From contig CAZXTL010000001.1 of the NCBI GenBank assembly GCA_964643725.1, forward strand, positions 41,935-105,934: a stretch of 64,000 nucleotides of DNA, in the 5' to 3' direction. Each line of letters begins with the position of its first letter. The first letter of the stretch is position 1. The translations under genes were made by a program, and so were the position numbers. This stretch comes from an uncultured Candidatus Marinamargulisbacteria bacterium. Lineage in GTDB: Bacteria; Margulisbacteria; Riflemargulisbacteria; GWF2-35-9; DYQY01. Under the pieces are notes generated by a model. The model was not told the origin of the DNA. It searched no databases and was given only the letters and a program-made list of their open reading frames with translations. This document shows positions 1 to 9,730 of this stretch, in pieces.

Positions 1-932
1 GGAAATTTGTCTGGGATATTAGGGATTGGTCTCATGTCTAGAAAAACTTTCTTATTTTTTTGTAATTGTTCATAAATAGCTCTTGCAACAATATCTCTTG
101 GCGCCAATTCGCCTCTTTTGTCGTAATCGAACAGAAAGCGGGTATTGTCTTGGTTTACAATTATGGCACCTTCTCCTCTTACTGATTCAGAAATAAGAAA
201 GTTTTTAATCTTTCCTTTCTCTAAAAGGATAGCGGTAGGGTGGAATTGATAGAATTCCATGTCGCGTATTTCTGCACCAGCAAGATATGCTGCAACAAGT
301 CCGTCACCTGTACTTCCTTTCCAGTTAGTTGTTTTTTCAAACACAGCACCAGCACCACCAGTGGCAATAATCGTAAATTTAGAATAAAGGTAGAGCTCTT
401 TGTTCGTTTTCATATTAATGAACTTTGCTCCTAAACAAGAATTATCTTGGGTTAATATATTTTTAAGAAAGAGATTCTCTATTAATGTTATGTTTGGTCT
501 TTTTTTTGCTTCTTCAGTTAAGGTTGTTTGGATACTAAATCCAGTTTTATCTCTAACGTGCATTATCCTTCTGCTACTGTGAGCTGCTTCCTTTAGAAAT
601 TCAAATTCGTTGTCTTGGTTTTTGTCAAAACGTACACCATGGTTTATTAGGTCCCATACTCTTGCAGGCCCTTCAGTTACCAGCATGTTAACCGCATCTT
701 CGTCAGAAAGCTCACAGCCTGTTAGTAAAGTATCATTTTTATGAATGGGGATATCTGAAGGTTCCTGAAGGGCAACTGCAACTCCGCCTTGAGCATAAAA
801 CGAGTTGGTGTTATTCATTTTTCCTTTGGTGACTATTGTAACTTTTATGGAACTATCGAGGTCAATGGCAGCCGTAAGACCCGCGATACCGCCTCCTATG
901 ATTAATACGTCGATTCTTTGTTCGTTCTTCAT
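1..932 (-). CDS. nadB: L-aspartate oxidase (5' part; runs off the window start; absent from the ORF track)
   Basis: Manual translation from the ATG at 932: MKNEQRIDVLIIGGGIAGLTAA (FAD-binding GxGxxG), TNSFYAQGGVAV, LLTGCELSDEDAV, EAAHSSRRIMH. These are NadB signature motifs. Confidence 0.92.
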   Translation of the reverse strand, partial: MKNEQRIDVLIIGGGIAGLTAAIDLDSSIKVTIVTKGKMNNTNSFYAQGGVAVALQEPSDIPIHKNDTLLTGCELSDEDAVNMLVTEGPARVWDLINHGVRFDKNQDNEFEFLKEAAHSSRRIMHVRDKTGFSIQTTLTEEAKKRPNITLIENLFLKNILTQDNSCLGAKFINMKTNKELYLYSKFTIIATGGAGAVFEKTTNWKGSTGDGLVAAYLAGAEIRDMEFYQFHPTAILLEKGKIKNFLISESVRGEGAIIVNQDNTRFLFDYDKRGELAPRDIVARAIYEQLQKNKKVFLDMRPIPNIPDKF

Positions 933-984
933 GGTAATGGGTATTATAGTCTATTTGTAAGACTAAGGCGATAAATAGCACAAG

Positions 985-2289
985 CTATGTGAAATAGAAT
1001 GTTAGAATTTTCCCGATAACTATTGCATCCTGTTTTAATGGATAATAGTTGATTAGAACCTTGCGTCCGTCTTTTAGTTCGAAAGTTCCTATCTCTATGT
1101 TTGAGTTTTTGCAGAGTGTATATTTATCTCTAAAAAGTAATTCATCAATGAATTTGTATGAGAAATATTTCAGAAGTTGCTCTTCACTATCGTTAAGTAT
1201 TACTTCTTCTGGAAGCTCCCAATCGTCGCTTAATTTTTTATTGATTTTAAGGACTTCACCAGTATTGCTTAATATTAATACCCCATCGCAGTAATTTGTT
1301 TTTAGCAAACTATCTAAGGTGCTTTCCTTTAGCCTTAACTTTCTTTCAGCTTGAGTTTTTTTTGTGATTTCTTCTTTTAACATGATGCTTACTTCTTTTA
1401 TTGCTTCTGATTTTTCATCAACGGTTTCTGCAAGATACGTTTTGCTAATCTCAATTTCTTTTTCTGCTTTTTTCCTTTTAGCGATTTCTTCATTAAGGTC
1501 ATATATTTGTTGAGATATTTTTTGTTTCATATTGATATAGCCACTAATTAAAGGTTCGAACTCTGAATTTCTTAAAGCAGAATAATTGTAGGTGCTTTCG
1601 GTTAAAGACCCACTATTAGATGCCTCTTCAAGGTCAGTAACTATTTCTTGTAAAGGTTTAGTGATTTTGCTTGCGAAAAGACGTATTAGGAAGAGACTAA
1701 GCAAGAAGGTACTACATGCTAGTATTATACTTATTATGAGTGCTTTTTGTTTTTCTTTATTTATTTTATCCGATGAGTATTCAAGGATTATTCCTCCAAT
1801 AGGAAAGCTATCAATTTGAATAGGCACATTAACAAACAATGAATTTTTATTAAAAGCTACAGATGAGTTTTTATAAGAAAGAGCTTTTCGAAGGTTGGGG
1901 AATATCAATAGTGGTTTGCTTTCTATAGTGTGAATATCTTGTCTGTCAGTATATATGTAGACTTCTTTTAGGTTAGTCACTCTTTCTTTAAGAGCAGGGA
2001 ACATCACTTGTCCTTGAAGATGAAGTATTATTTGAAGATAATTTTTTCTGTCTTCAAGGTTTGGAATTGATTTTAACATTTCTTGTGTGGCTGATTGAAG
2101 TGGTTGTAATAAGAGCAATGTTTGTGCTTTTGCGCAGTTTATTTGCATATTTTTTGAGTTGTAATAAATGAATGCTCCGATTAAGGAAGAAACAATTATT
2201 TGCATGATTAATGTTGATATAATAATCTTATTTTGTATTTTATCGACTATAACAACTTTGTTTTTAGATTGATTTGTCATTGTAGCCAT
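985..2289 (-). CDS. Membrane sensor protein (TM-extracytoplasmic-TM-HAMP-coiled coil-PAS) with no output domain
   Basis: Two hydrophobic segments, HAMP-like ITKPLQEI...EFEPL, and a C-terminal PAS-like DGVLILSNTGEVLKIN...ELKDGRKV. The ORF ends at the end of the PAS fold. Confidence 0.65.
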   Translation of the reverse strand: MATMTNQSKNKVVIVDKIQNKIIISTLIMQIIVSSLIGAFIYYNSKNMQINCAKAQTLLLLQPLQSATQEMLKSIPNLEDRKNYLQIILHLQGQVMFPALKERVTNLKEVYIYTDRQDIHTIESKPLLIFPNLRKALSYKNSSVAFNKNSLFVNVPIQIDSFPIGGIILEYSSDKINKEKQKALIISIILACSTFLLSLFLIRLFASKITKPLQEIVTDLEEASNSGSLTESTYNYSALRNSEFEPLISGYINMKQKISQQIYDLNEEIAKRKKAEKEIEISKTYLAETVDEKSEAIKEVSIMLKEEITKKTQAERKLRLKESTLDSLLKTNYCDGVLILSNTGEVLKINKKLSDDWELPEEVILNDSEEQLLKYFSYKFIDELLFRDKYTLCKNSNIEIGTFELKDGRKVLINYYPLKQDAIVIGKILTFYFT

Positions 2290-3226
2290 ATGCTCTGTCG
2301 GAACTATCTAAAAGTTGTTTGTTTATTAGTATAGGTTTAATTAATTGTTCTTTTTCAAATGGTAATTTGTTTAAAATTTGTTTAGTGGTCAGGATGGTTT
2401 GTTCAGCCATTTTGTCTGAATTTTGGGCAATAGTTGCATTTATTCTTCCAAGGCGAATTAGTTCTATTGTTTGAGGAAGTCCATCAAATCCAATGAAGAT
2501 AATCTTTTGTTTTGAGTTCACTGTTTTCCAATATGCCTCTGAAATTATTATTCCTGGGTCCCAACAACTAAACACTGCAGTAATCTCTGTGTCCTTTGTA
2601 AGAAACTGTTTGCTTAAATTATATGCCTTGTCGTTTGCCCAGTCAGCATAAGCTACTTTGTAGCTTGTTTTATTTTTTTCAAAGGCTTCCGAAACTCCTT
2701 GAATCCTTAACTGAGAGTTAGGATGTGTTTTTTCTCCTCCTAGTATTAGTGCTTTAGGGTTTTTCTGTTCTTTCATTTTTTCTACGAGATATTTGCCTGC
2801 AAGTCTTGCTCCAAAAAGATTGTCAGAAGTTATGAAAGCAGTAATAGCAGGATGGGGATAGTTTGTGTCTATTAAAATAACAGGTATATTTGCTTTTTTC
2901 AATTTATCAAGTATGGCAGTAAGTTTGGCATGGTTTATTGGTGAACCAAGTCCTAGGATAATGGCGCTGACCTTTTCTTTAAGAGCATATTCCATTAGTT
3001 GGGTTTGTTCTTTATCAAATGGCAGGAAAGGCGGTGTAAGGTCAATGATATCTAGTCCATTGATTTGGGCGTATGTTTTTATTTTTTTACCAAGTTCACT
3101 CCAAAAAGGTTTTTCTAAGGTATAGCCGATGTAAATAACTTTGCGAAGTTGAGGCTCTGCTCCATACAGTAAAGTAGTTAAGTTTAATATAGTAATTAGG
3201 CAAAAAATACTAAGCTTTTTTAACAT
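2264..3226 (-). CDS. Periplasmic sugar-binding protein (RbsB/LacI-type fold)
   Basis: Signal peptide; PFWSEL, IPVILID, ITSDNLFGARLAG, LRIQG, ADWANDKA, FIGFDG, ATIAQ motifs typical of Peripla_BP_4. Confidence 0.88.
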   Translation of the reverse strand: MLKKLSIFCLITILNLTTLLYGAEPQLRKVIYIGYTLEKPFWSELGKKIKTYAQINGLDIIDLTPPFLPFDKEQTQLMEYALKEKVSAIILGLGSPINHAKLTAILDKLKKANIPVILIDTNYPHPAITAFITSDNLFGARLAGKYLVEKMKEQKNPKALILGGEKTHPNSQLRIQGVSEAFEKNKTSYKVAYADWANDKAYNLSKQFLTKDTEITAVFSCWDPGIIISEAYWKTVNSKQKIIFIGFDGLPQTIELIRLGRINATIAQNSDKMAEQTILTTKQILNKLPFEKEQLIKPILINKQLLDSSDRAYGYNDKSI

Positions 3227-3280
3227 GTTATCTATAATAACTCCAAACCCTTGTGAATATCAAAGGTAAGCAAGAATAAA

Positions 3281-6200
3281 TTAGCTTTTTTTATATTTTT
3301 TTGTTTTAAAGCTTTCAATGATAGCAATAAAACAAGGCACTACAAATAAGGTTAAGATTGTTGCTCCTAATAAACCATATCCAAGTGACATTGCCATCGG
3401 CATAAGGTATTCATCATATCCACCCCAACCATAAACCATAGGTATAACTCCTCCAACTGTTGTTACTGTTGTTAAGATAATAGGTCTTAGTCTAGTTACA
3501 GAGCCTTCAATTATGCAGTCAATGTATCCATGATTAGTTTTGCAATCTATTTTCTTTACTTGGTCGACCATTACCAGTGAATCATTTACAACAACTCCAG
3601 CAAGTCCAACAAACCCAATCAAAGCTTGAAAGGTTAGTGGTTTTCCGTGTAAGCCAAAGGCAAGGATTACTGGAATAATACTAAGAGGTATAGCCGTCAT
3701 TATTAATAAAGGCTCTATAAAGGAACCAAATCCTAAGATTAAGACAAAATAGATGCCTATTAAGGCTATAATGAAGAGCTTACCAATGTCGCCAAAAGAA
3801 TCCATGGTTGCTTTACTTTCACCTTTAAATTCAAATGTTACGTCAGGATATTTTTCAGCGAGTGTACTATTTATGAATTTTTTTGCTTTTGCCATTATCT
3901 CTAATGGGGTAGCTTGTCCTTTTACGGCTTCACCTTGAATACTGATAGATCCTAGTCTGTCATAACGAGTAATACTTGGAACATTGTTTTGTGGGATTAA
4001 AGTTGCAAAATTTCTGATACGAATAAGCTTACCTTCACGATTAATAACAGGTAGGTCTAACAGGTTGTTACTATCTTTTCTAAATTCTGGTGCAAGCTTC
4101 ACAATTAGGTCGATGGACTCATCACCTTCTCGTATTGAGGTTATTGTGGTGCCAGCAAAAGCTGTTCTTAGAGTAGAGGCAACACTAAAGATATCTAATC
4201 CTAACATGCTGATTTTTTCATGGTCCATCAGTAGGCGTAGTTCTTCTTTCCCTTCCTCCACATCAGTCTCTATTTCAGTTGTTCCTTTTGTTTTTTGTAA
4301 GAAGGAGATTAGTTCTAGTCCTGCTTTTTTTCTTTGTTCTTCATTATTAGATAATAATTGGATGGAAATAGATTTGCCAGCTTGTGGTCCATTAGTGCTT
4401 ATTGCAGTAATTACTTTTGTGAAGCCCTTAGTATAGGGATTAATGTCTTTTTGGAGCTTATTAATGATTTCTTGAGCAGTTCTACCTCTGGTATTTTTAG
4501 GTGTTAGGTAGACGTAAATTATGGCACGATTTGAGTCTGTTCCTAAGTTAGTCCAATAAATGGAAGAATCATAGCCAATCCTGGCGGAAAAGGATTCTAA
4601 TTCACTTTTTGGCAGCTGAGCGACTATTTTCTCAACTGGTCTTACCATTGCTAATGTTCTTTCTATTGGGGTGCCAATGGGAGCTTGGAGCTTAATAGAA
4701 AAAGCGGTAGCACCGTCTGTAGGTGCAAAGTAAAAAGGTATGTAGTTTTTAGCATACCAAAGAGATAAGATGAAAAGAAGGAAGATAAAAAGTAAGAATT
4801 TATATTTATTTTTAAGAGTTTTTGTAAGTAGCTTTTCATAGATATTTTCCATTTTAATCATAAACTTCTTTTTACCAATAATTTTTTGTTGTTTGTTTTC
4901 ATTTGGACTTAAGTGACTTGGGAGCATAAACATAGATTCAAACAATGAAGCTAGTAGGACTATTATTACTACAGCAGGGATAGCCCAAATAAATTTCCCT
5001 ATTATTCCTGGAAGGAATAGTAGAGGTAAGAAGGCGACTATTGTTGTAAATACTGATAAAGAAACAGGAGAAGCTATATCATAAACAGCGTCTACTATGT
5101 CTTTTCTTGAAGTTTTTCCTTCCTCTCTAGCTTTATGGATATTGTCTGCAACTATTATGGCATTGTCTACAAGCATACCTAGCACTAGAATTAGTCCCCC
5201 TAAGCTAAGGGCATTAATTGTTAAGCCAATCCTTTGGAAGAAGAGAAAGGCAAGCATAAAAGAGAAAGGAATACAGAAAGATGCCCAGAAGGCAGTTTTA
5301 ATGTCAAGAAATAACCATAACAAACCAAAAACCAAAGCCATTCCCATTAGTCCGTTAGATGCAACCATATTAAGCCTATTTCTGGTGTATGTAGATAAAT
5401 CATTGCTGAGGGTATAGGATGTTCCTTCTTCCCATTTTGCTGAATTCAATACTTTTTTAATGCCTTTTATGGTTTTTAAGATATCAGCACTTTCTTTTTT
5501 GTGAACACAGATAGAGATAGAATTTTCATTATTACTTCTTACATAAAGATCTTGTTTTTTGTAATCCTTTACTACACTTGCTACGTCTTTGACTTTTAAG
5601 TTTTTTCCAGAAAAATTTGACCTGATAATAATGTTTTTAATATCATCTGGAGTTTTAAGTTCCTCAACAGTGATAACACTTTTTTCTTTGGGAAGAGTTT
5701 CAAGCGACCCACCTGAAAGTCTTATATTGTTAGCGTTAATAATATTTAATAGTTCTGTGATTGATGTTTCAGTAGATCTAAGTTTAGTAGGATCTACTTC
5801 TACTCTTAACTCTTGTACTCTGTATCCCACCTTGCTGATTTTACTAACTCCAGGTGACCTTTTTATTTTAAGTTCTAGTTTGTCTACCATCTTGCGGATA
5901 GCTAGTTCATCTTTTCCTTGTATGTTAATTTCTATGATAGGAAACATGCTTGTTTTGATTTCTGAGATGATTGGTCGTTTTAGGATATCCTTAGGAAGGT
6001 CGCTTATTCTGTCTACTGTTTTTTCAATTTCTCTTTTGACATCATATGCTTGTCGGTCACTTAGATTACTGTCTATCTCTACAACTATTTGCGATAAACC
6101 TTCTTGGCTAACGGAGGAGATACTTTTGACTCCTTCTGTTTCTTCAAGGGCATCTTCAATTACCATCGTTACATTTAGCTCAACATCAGATGGAGCTGCT

Positions 6201-6361
6201 CCTGGATAAATGGTTGCTATTATCATTTGGTTGATGCTTATGTTAGGAATACCTTCTTTTTGTATCGTAAATATAGTCAATAATCCAGCAATAAAGACAA
6301 TGATTACTAAAAGGTTCACAAGCAGTTTACGTTGTAAGAAGAAGTCTAAAAGGTATTTCAT
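3281..6361 (-). CDS. RND efflux permease (AcrB/CusA superfamily)
   Basis: 1026 aa; YPGAAPSDVELNV, LGMLVDNAIIV, GVVVNDSLV, RLRPIILTTVTT motifs; 12-TM-like pattern. Confidence 0.95.
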   Translation of the reverse strand: MKYLLDFFLQRKLLVNLLVIIVFIAGLLTIFTIQKEGIPNISINQMIIATIYPGAAPSDVELNVTMVIEDALEETEGVKSISSVSQEGLSQIVVEIDSNLSDRQAYDVKREIEKTVDRISDLPKDILKRPIISEIKTSMFPIIEINIQGKDELAIRKMVDKLELKIKRSPGVSKISKVGYRVQELRVEVDPTKLRSTETSITELLNIINANNIRLSGGSLETLPKEKSVITVEELKTPDDIKNIIIRSNFSGKNLKVKDVASVVKDYKKQDLYVRSNNENSISICVHKKESADILKTIKGIKKVLNSAKWEEGTSYTLSNDLSTYTRNRLNMVASNGLMGMALVFGLLWLFLDIKTAFWASFCIPFSFMLAFLFFQRIGLTINALSLGGLILVLGMLVDNAIIVADNIHKAREEGKTSRKDIVDAVYDIASPVSLSVFTTIVAFLPLLFLPGIIGKFIWAIPAVVIIVLLASLFESMFMLPSHLSPNENKQQKIIGKKKFMIKMENIYEKLLTKTLKNKYKFLLFIFLLFILSLWYAKNYIPFYFAPTDGATAFSIKLQAPIGTPIERTLAMVRPVEKIVAQLPKSELESFSARIGYDSSIYWTNLGTDSNRAIIYVYLTPKNTRGRTAQEIINKLQKDINPYTKGFTKVITAISTNGPQAGKSISIQLLSNNEEQRKKAGLELISFLQKTKGTTEIETDVEEGKEELRLLMDHEKISMLGLDIFSVASTLRTAFAGTTITSIREGDESIDLIVKLAPEFRKDSNNLLDLPVINREGKLIRIRNFATLIPQNNVPSITRYDRLGSISIQGEAVKGQATPLEIMAKAKKFINSTLAEKYPDVTFEFKGESKATMDSFGDIGKLFIIALIGIYFVLILGFGSFIEPLLIMTAIPLSIIPVILAFGLHGKPLTFQALIGFVGLAGVVVNDSLVMVDQVKKIDCKTNHGYIDCIIEGSVTRLRPIILTTVTTVGGVIPMVYGWGGYDEYLMPMAMSLGYGLLGATILTLFVVPCFIAIIESFKTKKYKKS

Positions 6362-7806
6362 TATTTGCTCCCCATTAATTCATTTATTTTATTAAGCAAG
6401 CTGTCATTAATACTAGCAATAGATGCTCTTAATTTTGCAATAGCAACAATCTTATTAAGATGGTCTATTTTATGTTGGGTGTATTTTTGTCGGAAATCAG
6501 AGATGCTGAACAGAGTTGTTTTTCCTTGAGAGAACCTTTTTGTTTCCATTTCAAGAATAGTTCTAGAGTTTTCAGCTATAGTTTGTGCGTTATTTTCTAT
6601 AGTTAGAAGGTAGGCAAGGTTTAATAAATTGTTTTTGTAGATAGTATTAAAAGTTTGTTTGGTTTTAAGTAGTTCTTGCTGGGTTGTTTTTATAGTAGCA
6701 AGTATGCTTTTTGTTTGTCCTTGAGTGTTGTTTTGACCAAGAGATGTAGAAAATACTGCTCCAGCTGTGTATTCTGTTTTGTTTAGGTCTAGGAATGAAT
6801 ATAAAGAACCATCGGTATAGTTGTATCTTGATATTTCTCCGTAAACTGAAAGGTCAGGCATGTTTTCTCTGTCTATTTTGGCTAGGTCAAGTTCATATTG
6901 TTTTAATGTTTTTTCAAGAGTTGTTAAAATCCTTAGTTCCTTTAGATCCTTTGGCGGTTCTTCTTTGCAGAAGGTTTCGCAGATAATAGGTGCTTGAGGA
7001 AGGTTTTTCCAATTCGTTACAACAGTAAATTCTTTTCCCATTTTTTGATAAATATTAGTCGCTAGTGCATTCCAAGCATAGAGTGTTTCATTTAGTACGT
7101 TACGGTATAAAAGAACTGCGTTTTCTGCTTGTAGTAAGTCAGTTTTGAGTGCTGCATCATTGCGGTATTTTTCTTTGATTTCTTCAAGCATGTTAGTAGC
7201 ATTTTGATAGCTTATGCTAAGAGGCTCAAGAGCAAGAGTAAGAGATAGCCAGTCATAATATAGGTTGATGGAATCTAAGAAGTATTTTTCTTCAGCTTCC
7301 TGTATAGATAGAGCAATAATATCTTTTTGGATGCTTAATCTCTCTAAAGGTATTTTAGTATAAACGCCCATAAAGTCTTTTAAGAGTGGTTGAGTTACTC
7401 TTAAGCTTAGAGCAGGGTTTATTTGGGAGATATTCAAAGTTGAGAATTTGGAACTACTATCAACTCTTAGATAAGTTAAGCTAAGGTTTGTGCCAGTATC
7501 TTCCATTTTTTTGCTAATTCCCATCGAGCCAACAAGTGTTTGAATATCTGTAAAAGGAAAAGAAGTACCACCTGAGCTATATATTTGTTGTTCTTTGTTT
7601 TTGTATTCTAAAGAACCTGTAAACCTTGGGTCGTAGATTGCCTGAAGTGACTGTATAGCTCCTTCTATGTTTTGTGCACTTAAGAATATTTGTGAGTAGG
7701 CAGGGTCGGATTGTTTTATGTTTAACAAGAAATCCTTAAGTGTTAGGTTGTTTGAAAACGAAAAACAGCTGATTATTAGCAGTAAAGTTAATTTTTTAAT
7801 GTTCAT
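6361..7806 (-). CDS. TolC-family outer-membrane efflux protein
   Basis: Signal peptide, 481 aa helical repeat pattern, RFSQGKTTLFSI-type C-terminal motif; translationally coupled to the RND gene. Confidence 0.82.
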   Translation of the reverse strand: MNIKKLTLLLIISCFSFSNNLTLKDFLLNIKQSDPAYSQIFLSAQNIEGAIQSLQAIYDPRFTGSLEYKNKEQQIYSSGGTSFPFTDIQTLVGSMGISKKMEDTGTNLSLTYLRVDSSSKFSTLNISQINPALSLRVTQPLLKDFMGVYTKIPLERLSIQKDIIALSIQEAEEKYFLDSINLYYDWLSLTLALEPLSISYQNATNMLEEIKEKYRNDAALKTDLLQAENAVLLYRNVLNETLYAWNALATNIYQKMGKEFTVVTNWKNLPQAPIICETFCKEEPPKDLKELRILTTLEKTLKQYELDLAKIDRENMPDLSVYGEISRYNYTDGSLYSFLDLNKTEYTAGAVFSTSLGQNNTQGQTKSILATIKTTQQELLKTKQTFNTIYKNNLLNLAYLLTIENNAQTIAENSRTILEMETKRFSQGKTTLFSISDFRQKYTQHKIDHLNKIVAIAKLRASIASINDSLLNKINELMGSK

Positions 7807-8390
7807 TTTGAATCCTCCTTATTGTTTAGTGCTCCGTGTAGAAAAATATTTATGGATTCAATCAGTTCAGACTCTACTGGTTGCTTTTCCATAATGTAAG
7901 ATTTAATAAATAGGTAAGAGAAAACAGACATAAGAAAGCTTAGTAAGAGTGTGTGTGCATTTATGTCTTTCATTTTGCCGTCACTAATAAATGACTGTAT
8001 TTTTTCAGTCAGGTTATTAGGATTAGCCTTTACTCTTTCATGAAATAACATATGAAAGTATTTCCCTTTGAACTCTAAGAAGTCAATCATTCGTAGTTTC
8101 ATGTTATCAGTTTGAAATGAGTGGAGGAAAGTTGCAGCTAATTTTTGAAAGAATATTTCTGGATTGGTTTCTTCTTTGATAATAGCCTCCGAATTTATAA
8201 TAAAGTTATCAAAGGGTAGAGAATTGTTTAGCACTTCTTTGAATAAGTCTTCTTTGCTTGCGAAGTAAGAATATATACCTCCTTGAGATACGCCAGAAGA
8301 ATTAGTGATATCACGCATGCTTGTTCCATGGAAACCTCTTTCAAGGAATCTTTTTTTTGCGGCTTCGATAATGATCTCTTTAGTACTCAT
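7803..8390 (-). CDS. TetR/AcrR family transcriptional regulator
   Basis: N-terminal HTH IIEAAKKRFLERGFHGTSMRDI...GIYSYFASKEDLF. Confidence 0.95.
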   Translation of the reverse strand: MSTKEIIIEAAKKRFLERGFHGTSMRDITNSSGVSQGGIYSYFASKEDLFKEVLNNSLPFDNFIINSEAIIKEETNPEIFFQKLAATFLHSFQTDNMKLRMIDFLEFKGKYFHMLFHERVKANPNNLTEKIQSFISDGKMKDINAHTLLLSFLMSVFSYLFIKSYIMEKQPVESELIESINIFLHGALNNKEDSK

Positions 8391-8406
8391 TGTTTTTCTT
8401 CATAGC

Positions 8407-8454
8407 GAGCGTTCGCTCTGCGATAATTTTACATCGCAGATAATAGAAAAGCAA
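8407..8454 (-). promoter_or_regulatory. Sigma70-type promoter and palindromic operators of the tetR-tolC-RND operon
   Basis: Minus-strand TTGCTT (8449-8454), 17 bp, TAAAAT (8426-8431). The -10 lies in the loop of the inverted repeat TCTGCGAT-N8-ATCGCAGA (8417-8440). A second palindrome GAGCG-TT-CGCTC is at 8407-8418. Confidence 0.55.
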
Positions 8455-8461
8455 GTGGGAT

Positions 8462-8499
8462 TTAACACACCCCCTAGCCCCCTCTCAAGAGGGGGAATA
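8462..8499 (+). repeat. Palindromic element family B, copy 1
   Basis: TTAACACACCCCCTAGCCCCCTCTCAAGAGGGGGAATA; 34/38 identical to 10745-10782. Confidence 0.85.
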
Positions 8500-8599
8500 A
8501 TAAAAAAACAGAAGGTCAAGAGGTTAAGAGGTTAAGCTCATTGCATTTGCAGACGAAAGATGAATAGACGTGTAGAAGAGTAGAAGGATAGGAAACGTT

Positions 8600-8680
8600 G
8601 TCATTCCGCACTTGATGCGGAATCCAGTATTTGCAAGGCTTTTCGTTTTGCTGGATCCTCTGGTCAAGCCAGAGGATGAC
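8600..8680. repeat. Inverted pair of GTCAT-type REP-like hairpins (REPIN-like)
   Basis: GTCATTCCGCACTTGATGCGGAATCCAG (8600-8627) faces CTGGATCCTCTGGTCAAGCCAGAGGATGAC (8651-8680). Confidence 0.85.
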
Positions 8681-8844
8681 ACAGTCTGGTAGTGTTGGTA
8701 TTTAGCCATTGGGGTTTAATCTCTTATATTGTTTTGCTTTTTACCTATTCACCTTTTATCCTTCCTTTAATAGTCAGTTGGGGATTAACTTATTTAGCTT
8801 TGAGCTTGTTGATTCTTTTGATATTATTTCTTTGAGGAGAAGTT

Positions 8845-9726
8845 ATGTCATTATCAATGAGTTTGTTTATGTTGGTTGTTTATACTGCACTTGGATATGG
8901 AGCTTCTTTTAAGATTCCTAATGATTATTTTAAGAAACTGCAGTTTGTTTTGTTTAATCTTATAGTGCCACCTTATATTTTTTTAAATATTTATAATAAT
9001 CTAACAGTTAATTTCTTTTTAAATAATTATTTTATTATTATTGGTCAGGTTTGGTTTATTGTTTTAGCTTTAATTTTCTTTAAATGGATAAAGTCAGCTA
9101 GGCAAAACGTTGATTTTAATGTGTTAGCTTTCCAGAATGCTGTATTTATGGCTTTACCAATTGTTGTAGCTTTGCCTGATAGCGAGAATTTAAAATTATT
9201 AGTTTTTATGTTTATGATTGGTTTTAATATAGCAGTTTTTTCTTTAGGTGCTGTTGTGTTTAGCGATAGAGCTAGTCTTAAAAGTATTATTAATGTCCCC
9301 TTTTTTGCTAGTGTAGTGCCAATTGTTTTAGTTTTTCTGGGAGTAAGGATAGGATTTGAGGATTCAGTTAGTTTTATGGAAAAATTATTAGGCTTTATTC
9401 TTATGCCAGGAGCATTATTTTTCTTTGGTGGGGTAATAAATTTTAGTATTCAAGGTAAGAAGATTTTAGTTAGTTTAGAGTTGGCTAAGTTAGTAATTGT
9501 AAAGTATTTTCTATTTCCTTTAATAACTTATATCCTTTTGCTTTTATTGAAAGTTGATAAAGCAATTATGATAGTTTTTATGTTACAGAGCTTTATGCCT
9601 CCAGCCGTTAATTTGGTTTTACTTCCGAGTAGTGATGAAGACAAGGACCAGATGGGCATACAAATGGGGTTTTTGTATATTGTATTTATGGTTGGCGCAT
9701 TAGTGTTTGCAGTGTATCAGCTTTAA
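8845..9726 (+). CDS. AEC (auxin efflux carrier/malate permease) family transporter
   Basis: About 10 hydrophobic segments; FNLIVPPYIF, FQNAVFMALPI, MPPAVNLVLL motifs. Confidence 0.78.
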   Translation: MSLSMSLFMLVVYTALGYGASFKIPNDYFKKLQFVLFNLIVPPYIFLNIYNNLTVNFFLNNYFIIIGQVWFIVLALIFFKWIKSARQNVDFNVLAFQNAVFMALPIVVALPDSENLKLLVFMFMIGFNIAVFSLGAVVFSDRASLKSIINVPFFASVVPIVLVFLGVRIGFEDSVSFMEKLLGFILMPGALFFFGGVINFSIQGKKILVSLELAKLVIVKYFLFPLITYILLLLLKVDKAIMIVFMLQSFMPPAVNLVLLPSSDEDKDQMGIQMGFLYIVFMVGALVFAVYQL

Positions 9727-9730
9727 GATA

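Noticed and set aside
8524-8709. 61-aa ORF on the minus strand (…SSGLTRGS…FRIKCGMT…)
   Set aside because: It is the translation of the REP pair at 8600-8680, with no independent coding evidence.
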